Part shown: piece after piece, positions 1 through 5,541 of the stretch
Numbering within the stretch: the first letter of the stretch is position 1
Layout: the number at the start of each line of letters is the position of its first letter
NCBI GenBank assembly: GCA_037133055.1
Contig: JBAXOY010000090.1
Coordinates: forward strand, 1 to 12,775
DNA: 12,775 bases
Reading direction: 5' to 3'
Source of the DNA: Chlamydiota bacterium
GTDB taxonomy: Bacteria > Auribacterota > Tritonobacteria > UBA1439
The notes under the pieces: generated by a model
The model's input: the letters and a program-made list of their open reading frames with translations, nothing else
The model's database searches: none
What the model was told of the DNA's origin: nothing
Program-made: the position numbers and the translations under genes

Positions 1-1
1 C

Positions 2-1294
2 GGAGGTCACCCCGCCGTCCGAGGGGGCGCACAGATCGAGCTCCGGCCCGTAGTCGCTGTAGTACGGCCTCACACCCTGGTCATCGCAAGCCCCGACGGC
101 GAGAATCTTCCCGTAGGAGGCATAGCCGTCGTAGCCGACAGGCTCATTCCCGTTGCCCGCGGCCCAGAAGATCATGCACCCCTTCCCGTCGCGGCCCTCG
201 TCCGCGGCGTAATCGATCGCGGACTTCACGATATCGGGGAGCGGGTACACCTGCTCGTCCCCGGGGATGAGGGGGTTCCCGTCGGGGGGGCCCCAGCTAT
301 TGGAGATGATCCACGCGCCGTGCCCGGCCGCCCATCGGATCGCCTCCGCGTCCTGCGCGTCGCTGGTCGGCCCGGCCACGAGGCGCACGGGCATCACGCG
401 GCACCCGGGAGCGATCCCGGTTCCGCCCACCGCGTTCCATCCGTTCGCCGCGGCCGTGCCGGTCACCGCGGTCCCGTGCCAGTCCTCGTTCGCCTTCACG
501 GCGGACGGATCGGCGTCGTTGTCGTAGAAATCATACCCCGGGACAAACTTGTCTCCCTGGAGATCTTCGTGGGAATATTCGACCCCGTCGTCGATGACGG
601 CGATGATCACCTCGGGGCTTCCCCGCGTGATATCCCATGCCCCGGGCGCGTCGATGTCCTGCCCCGGAAGCGCCCCGCCCTGTCCGGCGTTCCAAAGATG
701 CCACTGATTGGGGAAGTACGGGTCGCCGGGGATGCCGCGGTGGTGTTTCCTCGCGATGAAGTTCGGGTGCGCGAAGACCGCCTCCCCGGATTCGACATAG
801 GCGTTCGCCGACGCGAGCGCGTCCCCCCCCTCCGCCCGGAGGAGATACGTGCGGGGCGGCCCGGCGAGCGGCCGGACGATCTCCGCCCCGCGGCTGCGGT
901 TTATGGCGGCAACGGCGGCATCATCGATGGACGGGGGAAAGCACGCGATGAACTCGTCGGTCACCACGAGCGGTTCGCCGCCGCCGTAGTCGAACACGGG
1001 GGTGATGAAGCGGGGGCGGGGGGAGACGCCGGCTGCCGCCCGCGCGGGGTCGGCCGACCGCAGTATCACGAGGTCGTGTTTCCCCCATGGGTCGTCCGCC
1101 AGCCCGTCGCGGCGCCCTCCGCCCGGGGAGTGCACTGCCCAGGTGTTCCCGATCCGCGTGAGCCCGCATCTCCGGCCGGAGGAGTAAAAGTAGTCGCCGG
1201 GATCGGAGCACGCAAGCCCCGGGATACCCAGGAAGGCGGCTGAGATCAGACAGGAGAAAAGGGGGATCGGGAGCGACGCCGGGGTTCTTCTCAC
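2..1294 (-). CDS. S8 family serine peptidase (subtilisin/kexin-like), probably secreted; 3' end runs off the window
   Basis: Absent from the ORF track because it has no stop in the window. Manual translation from GTG 1294 gives MRRTPASLPIPLFSCLISAAFLGIPGLAC..., a propeptide, then DPYFPNQWHL, DIDAPGAWDITRG, VIIAVIDDGV (catalytic Asp), DWHGTAVTG (catalytic His), IISNSWGP, FWAAGNG (oxyanion Asn) and YSDYGPELDLCAP. The catalytic Ser lies beyond position 1. Confidence 0.93.
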   Translation of the reverse strand, partial: MRRTPASLPIPLFSCLISAAFLGIPGLACSDPGDYFYSSGRRCGLTRIGNTWAVHSPGGGRRDGLADDPWGKHDLVILRSADPARAAAGVSPRPRFITPVFDYGGGEPLVVTDEFIACFPPSIDDAAVAAINRSRGAEIVRPLAGPPRTYLLRAEGGDALASANAYVESGEAVFAHPNFIARKHHRGIPGDPYFPNQWHLWNAGQGGALPGQDIDAPGAWDITRGSPEVIIAVIDDGVEYSHEDLQGDKFVPGYDFYDNDADPSAVKANEDWHGTAVTGTAAANGWNAVGGTGIAPGCRVMPVRLVAGPTSDAQDAEAIRWAAGHGAWIISNSWGPPDGNPLIPGDEQVYPLPDIVKSAIDYAADEGRDGKGCMIFWAAGNGNEPVGYDGYASYGKILAVGACDDQGVRPYYSDYGPELDLCAPSDGGVTS

Positions 1295-1301
1295 AGATAT
1301 C

Positions 1302-1310
1302 AGTATAGCA
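1302..1310 (-). promoter_or_regulatory. Extended -10 promoter element (TGcTATACT) for the S8 peptidase
   Basis: Minus strand reads TGCTATACT-gatatct-GTG: a near-consensus extended -10 lying 7 nt before the GTG start, with no SD sequence in between. Confidence 0.55.
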
Positions 1311-1386
1311 CACGCGGGAGGGAGACGGCGGTGGCGCTGGCGCGTCTCTGGGGCCGGCGCGCCACTGTGGATCGTGCGCGCCGCTT

Positions 1387-1590
1387 CTACTTCAGGTAGT
1401 TCTTATTCGCCCCGGGCTTTTTCGTGAAGCGGCACTTCGCCTCCACGCACTCCTCGGTGAGCCCCAGGCACTCGACCGGCTGCCAGTTCACGTTCGGGTT
1501 GCCGGGCTCGCGCACGCCCTCGTAGTTCACCTTCACATCCTGTTTCTTGAACGTACACAGCTTCTTATGGAACCGCGTCACGATCTGCAT
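1387..1590 (-). CDS. Small hypothetical protein (67 aa) with four cysteines
   Basis: ATG 1590 is preceded by the SD-like GGAAGGGAG. Translation: MQIVTRFHKKLCTFKKQDVKVNYEGVREPGNPNVNWQPVECLGLTEECVEAKCRFTKKPGANKNYLK. Codons are GC3-rich like the neighbouring genes; TAG stop at 1387-1389. Confidence 0.75.
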   Translation of the reverse strand: MQIVTRFHKKLCTFKKQDVKVNYEGVREPGNPNVNWQPVECLGLTEECVEAKCRFTKKPGANKNYLK

Positions 1591-1627
1591 GGCCAGTCTC
1601 CCTTCCGCGAGATTTTCTCTTCCGAAT

Positions 1628-1664
1628 TCCCCCCCTTGAGGGGGAGGGTCAGGGTCGGGGGTCA
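1628..1664. repeat. REP-like palindromic C-tract/G-tract element
   Basis: TCCCCCCCTTGAGGGGGAGGGTCAGGGTCGGGGGTCA: a C-run/G-run hairpin followed by further G-tracts. It resembles the widespread CCCC(T)C-N-GAGGGGGAGGG-N-GGG-N-GGGGG intergenic repeats. Only one copy is present in this window. Confidence 0.55.
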
Positions 1665-1813
1665 AAAATACCCCCTTTCAATAAAGCAACAGCCTACGAG
1701 AAGGGATGATATCACATGCGCGGAAGCGACGCACCACCTTACGGCCTCAGGTGGACTGTGAACGCCGGCCTCCACTTATTGGGGGATACATCGCCTGCGA
1801 GATCAGCAGGACG

Positions 1814-2191
1814 TCAAGGCTTGAATATCACCACTCGCAGATCCTTTATGGGTTTGAAATGCTTCGAGTTGCTTGTGCAGAGGGCAATGCCGTGCTCCGC
1901 GGCCGTGGCGGCGATAATCGCGTCACCGGCCCTGAGCCCGTGGGAGAGCGAATACTCCTCGATATAGACCGCCGCCCTATGTCCGATGTTCTCGGTCAGG
2001 GGCAAGGTCTGGAATGCGAAAACTTTCAGGAATCTCTTCGTGAACTCGTGCTGTTCCCTATTCTCTGCGCACTGCATAAGCTCAAGGTAGGTCAGCAAGG
2101 ATAGCAGCCGTTCTCTCTCCCGTTCGATCAGCGCCGCCGCCTTTTTATTGCCCCGCTGGATCCAGATGAAGATGTCGGTATCAAAGATCAC
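1814..2191 (-). CDS. vapC: PIN-domain ribonuclease toxin (VapC family), 125 aa
   Basis: From GTG 2191: MIFDTDIFIW...LTYLELMQCA...GLRAGDAIIAATAAEHGIALCTSNSKHF, which carries the PIN acidic motifs (DT, E, DAxIAATA, TxNxKHF). Overlaps the upstream antitoxin by 11 nt. Confidence 0.93.
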   Translation of the reverse strand: MIFDTDIFIWIQRGNKKAAALIERERERLLSLLTYLELMQCAENREQHEFTKRFLKVFAFQTLPLTENIGHRAAVYIEEYSLSHGLRAGDAIIAATAAEHGIALCTSNSKHFKPIKDLRVVIFKP

Positions 2192-2417
2192 GATGCCGCC
2201 CCCCGCGAAGACGATCCATCTCCTTCTCAACCGAGCCTGCCGAGGGGCGCATCCTGAAATAAGGATGATCCGTGACTTTCCCTCCCGCGACCGTCGCGCA
2301 GGGCTTGAGCACGCCTTTCACTTTGCCGTGGCACATGACGCTTACGACCTCGTTTCGGCCCAGCGCCTTCAGCACATCGTTCATCCGGTATCTCAAATCA
2401 ACGATGGTCGCTTTCAT
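2181..2417 (-). CDS. Type II antitoxin, Phd/YefM family, 78 aa
   Basis: MKATIVDLRYRMNDVLKALGRNEVVSVMCHGKVKGVLKP matches the Phd/YefM N-terminal pattern. SD GGAGGT at 2422-2427; immediately upstream of and overlapping the PIN gene. Confidence 0.88.
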   Translation of the reverse strand: MKATIVDLRYRMNDVLKALGRNEVVSVMCHGKVKGVLKPCATVAGGKVTDHPYFRMRPSAGSVEKEMDRLRGGRHRDL

Positions 2418-2427
2418 GGATACCTCC

Positions 2428-2471
2428 ATTATGTATATCGTAACTATACATAATTCGGATCGCGAAGTCAA
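2428..2471 (-). promoter_or_regulatory. Sigma-70 promoter of the TA operon with an overlapping palindromic operator
   Basis: -35 TTGACT (2471-2466), 17-nt spacer ending in TG, -10 TATAGT (2448-2443). A perfect 10-bp inverted repeat ATTATGTATA-N7-TATACATAAT (2428-2437 / 2445-2454) covers the -10 and +1 region. Confidence 0.85.
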
Positions 2472-2558
2472 TCCCGAAACCACGCTCCCCGACCCGGAAG
2501 TCAGAGCCATCACCTCCCATTGCGGAGCGATGGATAGTTTAGTCAATAGTAGAGGTCT

Positions 2559-2590
2559 GACCCTGAAGATTCGGACCCTGAAGATTCGGA
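2559..2590. repeat. Exact 15-bp tandem duplication just 3' of tRNA-Glu
   Basis: GACCCTGAAGATTCG at 2559-2573 and 2574-2588, followed by a partial GA. Confidence 0.85.
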
Positions 2591-2596
2591 AGAAGA

Positions 2597-2674
2597 TGGT
2601 AGCGCCATGGGGATTCGAACCCCAGTTACCGGGTTGAGAACCCGGTGTCCTAGGCCGGACTAGACGATGGCGCC
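2597..2674 (-). tRNA. tRNA-Glu (anticodon CTC)
   Basis: GGCGCCATCGTCTAGTCCGGCCTAGGACACCGGGTT-CTC-AACCCGGTAACTGGGGTTCGAATCCCCATGGCGCTACCA forms a full cloverleaf with a GTTCGAATC T-loop and an encoded CCA end. Confidence 0.97.
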
Positions 2675-2832
2675 CCGGAAGGCATCCAGGATGCTTCTAT
2701 ACTATCTTGCTCTCGCTGCAACTCCCCCGTGAAGATCCCTCAGGACTGCGCCCTTCGGGACCCAAGAATTGCATCTCGCTACGTTCACTTCGCTCCGCAG
2801 CTCCTGCAATTCTAGGGCTAGACGATGGCGCC
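2675..2832 (-). mobile_element. Putative small non-autonomous hairpin element: 143-bp insert plus a 15-bp duplicate of the tRNA-Glu 5' end
   Basis: CTAGACGATGGCGCC occurs at 2660-2674 (within the tRNA) and again at 2818-2832. Between the copies lie three hairpins: 2761-2817, 2736-2760 and 2678-2697. The mobile-element interpretation is inference. Confidence 0.5.
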
Positions 2833-2897
2833 ACAACTACAGTCCAAGGTTGAAGAGTGCACGTTGAAAGAACAAAAACACCAACTGATGCAAATGT

Positions 2898-2971
2898 TGG
2901 CTGCGGGACCAGGATTCGAACCTGGACTAACTGGTCCAGAGCCAGCCGTCCTACCGTTAGACGATCCCGCA
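2898..2971 (-). tRNA. tRNA-Gln (anticodon CTG)
   Basis: TGCGGGATCGTCTAACGGTAGGACGGCTGGCT-CTG-GACCAGTTAGTCCAGGTTCGAATCCTGGTCCCGCAGCCA; 74 nt with an encoded CCA end. Confidence 0.97.
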
Positions 2972-3004
2972 ACGCAAATATCTTGTCGGCGACGAGGGGG
3001 ACCG

Positions 3005-3571
3005 TCAGACGGGCCCGATCCCCTTTCTCGTCGGCTCGTTGTAGTACTCCTCCTTCAGCGACGCGATGTACGGCAGGTGCCGGTAGCGGTCTTCGTAGTC
3101 GAGGCCGTAGCCGAGCACGAAAACGTTGGGGATCTCGAACCCCACGTAGTCGGCCGTGATATCGAGGAGCCGGGTGCCCTTCTTCTCGAGGAGCACACAG
3201 ACCTTGATCTCCTTCGGCTTGAACTTCTGCAGGTAGTTCTTGACGAAGGTGACCGAACGCCCCGTGTCGAGAATGTCGTCCACCACGAGAACGCTCTTGT
3301 CCGCCACGTCCACCGTGATGCCCTTCTCGAGGGTCACCACGCCGAGCGAGCTCGTGCTGTTTCCGTAGCTGCTCACACCGATGAAATCAAACGCCAGCGG
3401 GCGCGTGAAGCCGCGGACGAGGTCCGCGAGGAACACCACGCTGCCCTTCAGCACCGCGACCACCACGAGCTCCTTGCCGCGGAAGTCGCTGTCGATGCGC
3501 TTCACCATTTCGGCGATGCGTTTCGAGATCTGCTCCTCGCTGAACAGCACCGTCTTGACTATTCTTTCCAT
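3005..3571 (-). CDS. hpt: Hypoxanthine phosphoribosyltransferase
   Basis: Motifs VLFSEEQI, VAVLKGSVVFLADL, DFIGVSSYG, PRPP-binding VLVVDDILDTGRS and FVLGYGLDY..YRHLPYI. Start taken at ATG 3571 (GTG 3574 is also possible). Confidence 0.96.
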   Translation of the reverse strand: MERIVKTVLFSEEQISKRIAEMVKRIDSDFRGKELVVVAVLKGSVVFLADLVRGFTRPLAFDFIGVSSYGNSTSSLGVVTLEKGITVDVADKSVLVVDDILDTGRSVTFVKNYLQKFKPKEIKVCVLLEKKGTRLLDITADYVGFEIPNVFVLGYGLDYEDRYRHLPYIASLKEEYYNEPTRKGIGPV

Positions 3572-3614
3572 CACTGTCGCGCCGCCTGCGCAGGGAGAAG
3601 CGTTTCGCGGAGAC

Positions 3615-3638
3615 AAAAAAAGCCAGGATTTCTCCTGG
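3615..3638 (-). terminator. Rho-independent terminator
   Basis: Minus strand CCAGGA-GAAA-TCCTGG-C-TTTTTTT: a 6-bp stem, a GNRA loop and a 7-U tract. Confidence 0.85.
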
Positions 3639-3822
3639 ACCTCGCGCTCACCGTGGCATCATGCGCCCCCGGGGCCTTCTTCCGGCAACGAACCCCGACG
3701 AAAGAGGTCCCTCCCCGGTCAGGCTCCTAGAAGCTGATCCAGATATCTCCCCTGATTTCGATGGTCGGGTCGCCCATGCCGCAAATCCTTCCGCCGTGCA
3801 CACGACAGGCACGATTCAAGTA
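3615..3822 (-). ncRNA. Structured non-coding RNA, probable 6S RNA (SsrS)-like
   Basis: Bounded by a TTGACA-17-TATCCT promoter and an intrinsic terminator, with no credible ORF. The core (3651-3814) folds by eye into one rod: TGTCGTGTGC/GCGCATGATG, CGGCA..ACCCGAC/GTCGGGG..TGCCG, AGGGG/CCTCT, TCTGG/CCGGG and TCAG/CTGA, separated by internal bubbles. The segments GACCCGACCAT..GGGGAG and GGGTTC recall 6S RNAs. Confidence 0.55.
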
Positions 3823-3828
3823 TCCAGT

Positions 3829-3857
3829 AGGATACACCTGAGAACCCTTCCTGTCAA
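3829..3857 (-). promoter_or_regulatory. Near-consensus sigma-70 promoter driving the ncRNA
   Basis: -35 TTGACA (3857-3852, overlapping the TPR gene's TGA stop), 17-nt spacer ending in TG, -10 TATCCT (3834-3829). Confidence 0.82.
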
Positions 3858-4660
3858 GGGGTTTTCCGTGGCGTGGAGGCAGGGATGTCCTTGGACTCCT
3901 TCCCTGAGGCCACCGCGCCTTTTGCCTTTTCGGCATCGACCGCACCCGATGCCTTCCCCGGCAACGCCGGGCTCCCGGCGAGGGCGGGCGCAGCAGCCGC
4001 TTTCCGGGTACCGGGGGCGGCAGGGGCGGGGTTCGCGAGCTTCGCGATCCTGTCCCGGGCGTCCTTCTTCAGATCGCTCGTGCCGTAGGAGGCGATGATC
4101 TTCTCGTACGCCGCCTTCGCATCGGCGGGCCGGTTCATGCTCTCGTAGCAGGCGCCAATGCCGAGGAGCGCCCGCGACGCGGCGAACGACTGGGGATAGT
4201 CATCCACCACCGCCCGGTAATTGTTCACCGCTTCCTCGTAGTTCTTCTGCTGGGCGCAGAGCATCCCCGCGAACGCCCGCGCATCGGGGGCGAGGTGGTG
4301 CCCCGGATAAGAGCGCGCGAGGGTGGAAAAGGCCTCTTCCGCCTCCTTGTACTTCTTCTCGTCCGCGAGCTTCCTTCCCTGGTAAAAAAGGGCAAGCGGC
4401 TCGATGGAACTCCCGGGATAGGCATCCGTCACCGCCCTGAAGTCCTCCGGCTTTCGCGCGGCCTCGAACGCCGCGACGGCGCTTTCGTTGTAGGCGGTCA
4501 GGTGGTTCCAGTACGCAAGGCCCGCGAGGACGACCGCCGCCGCCGCTACGAGGCCGGCGATGCACGCCGCCTTGTGCAGAACCACCCGGTCGAGGAGCTT
4601 GTACGCCGCGATGACCAGCCGGTCCTCGGGGGTCTTATCGAACCTGTCCCTTCTCGACAT
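3854..4660 (-). CDS. Membrane-anchored tetratricopeptide-repeat protein (YfgM/CpoB/BamD-like)
   Basis: N-terminal hydrophobic helix (AACIAGLVAAAAVVLAGLAYW) followed by repeated TPR units ending in YP-x-S/H (YPGSSIEPLALFYQG, YPGHHLAPDARAFAG, YPQSFAASRALLGIG) and an Ala/Pro/Lys-rich tail. SD GAAGGAG upstream. Confidence 0.85.
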   Translation of the reverse strand: MSRRDRFDKTPEDRLVIAAYKLLDRVVLHKAACIAGLVAAAAVVLAGLAYWNHLTAYNESAVAAFEAARKPEDFRAVTDAYPGSSIEPLALFYQGRKLADEKKYKEAEEAFSTLARSYPGHHLAPDARAFAGMLCAQQKNYEEAVNNYRAVVDDYPQSFAASRALLGIGACYESMNRPADAKAAYEKIIASYGTSDLKKDARDRIAKLANPAPAAPGTRKAAAAPALAGSPALPGKASGAVDAEKAKGAVASGKESKDIPASTPRKTP

Positions 4661-4678
4661 GGAACTTCTCCTTCGGGG

Positions 4679-5338
4679 TTAGCCGCGCCGCTTCTTGATC
4701 GCGCTCCAGAGCCGCTCCGCGTTCTTGCGGGACTTTTCGACCTCTTCCTCGCTGAGCCCCGCGCCGCGCGCGATACGGGCATGCTCCTCGGGGATGAGCA
4801 GATCCACGGGGGAGTGCGCATCGGACCCCACGATCAGCCCCGCCCCGGCGGCGACCGCCTGCCGGGCCACGAGCCCGTTCGCGAGGCAGTGCCCCTGCCG
4901 CGCCGACAGCTCGAGGTATACCCCGCGAGAGGCGGCCTCGCGGGCCTGCCGCGGCAGGAGGAATCCCGGGTGGGCGAGAATGTCGATACCCGCCTTCAGT
5001 GCCGCGTCGTTGGTCCCCGCCTTCACGGGTTCGACGAGCGTCTCGCCGTGCACCATCACGAATTCGGCCCCCAGCTTCCGGCAGTGCGCGACGAGCGACG
5101 CGATGAGCGACGGGGGCACGTGCGTGATCTCGGCCCCGGGGATGACGTCGATATCCATCACCTCCCGGAGATCGCGGCAGACGGAGACGAGGCGCGGGAT
5201 GACCAGGTCGGCGTTGGAGCCGTCCACGTGGTCGGCGATGCCGAGGGCGCGGTACCCCTTCTCCTCCGCCCTTCTCGCCAGCTCCGAGGGGATCAGCTCG
5301 CCGTCGCTCAGAAGCGTGTGCGCATGGAAATCGATCAT
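4679..5338 (-). CDS. Stand-alone PHP-domain phosphoesterase (histidinol-phosphatase-like, COG1387 type)
   Basis: Metal-binding motifs DFHAHTLLSDG, GIADHVD, GAEITHVPP, MVHGET, DILAHPG and GSDAHSP. Confidence 0.92.
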   Translation of the reverse strand: MIDFHAHTLLSDGELIPSELARRAEEKGYRALGIADHVDGSNADLVIPRLVSVCRDLREVMDIDVIPGAEITHVPPSLIASLVAHCRKLGAEFVMVHGETLVEPVKAGTNDAALKAGIDILAHPGFLLPRQAREAASRGVYLELSARQGHCLANGLVARQAVAAGAGLIVGSDAHSPVDLLIPEEHARIARGAGLSEEEVEKSRKNAERLWSAIKKRRG

Positions 5339-5407
5339 CTGCCGTTCCCTTTCGCTTCTACCCCATTTTCTTCTGCCCGCAACCAGAAACCGTCGCTGCC
5401 GCAGTAC

Positions 5408-5484
5408 TGGTGCGCCCGGTGCGAGTCGAACGCACGGCCCCAGGATTAGGAATCCTGTGCTCTATCCTTCTGAGCTACGGGCGC
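5408..5484 (-). tRNA. tRNA-Arg (anticodon CCT)
   Basis: GCGCCCGTAGCTCAGAAGGATAGAGCACAGGATT-CCT-AATCCTGGGGCCGTGCGTTCGACTCGCACCGGGCGCACCA; 77 nt with an encoded CCA end. Confidence 0.97.
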
Positions 5485-5492
5485 TCACATTA

Positions 5493-5520
5493 AAATCCCA
5501 AATCCCAAATCCCAAAAGGG
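5493..5520. repeat. Heptamer tandem repeat (AAATCCC)x3 plus AAAAGGG
   Basis: AAATCCCAAATCCCAAATCCCAAAAGGG, identical to 10682-10709, lying 8 nt upstream of the tRNA-Arg 5' end. Confidence 0.92.
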
Positions 5521-5541
5521 TCAGACACGCACCGACGAGGC

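Noticed and set aside
267..1243. Plus-strand ORFs 267-527, 320-1243 and 1002-1187, and minus ORFs 607-798 and 921-1313
   Set aside because: Antisense or off-frame shadows of the S8 peptidase gene, with no recognisable motifs.
1331..1365. GTGGCGC...GCGCCAC inverted repeat as a terminator or tRNA att remnant
   Set aside because: No U-tract, short GC-only arms likely by chance at this GC content, and only a weak match to the tRNA-Glu 3' end.
2418..2546. N-terminal extension of the antitoxin (ORF track 121 aa)
   Set aside because: It runs across the operon's own promoter and operator; the SD and Phd-like sequence support ATG 2417.
2697..2972. ORFs overlapping the tRNA-Gln/tRNA-Glu region (2697-2972 -, 2825-3730 +, 2272-2637 +)
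   Set aside because: They overlap bona fide tRNAs or lie antisense to hpt and the antitoxin.
3712..3742. SRP RNA-like TCAGG...GAAGC motif on the + strand
   Set aside because: It lacks the CCGGAAGG tetraloop helix and the AGCAG element, and the promoter and terminator point to the minus strand.
3727..3945. 72-aa minus-strand ORF crossing the ncRNA promoter
   Set aside because: It starts off-frame inside the TPR gene, spans a consensus promoter and has no recognisable protein features.
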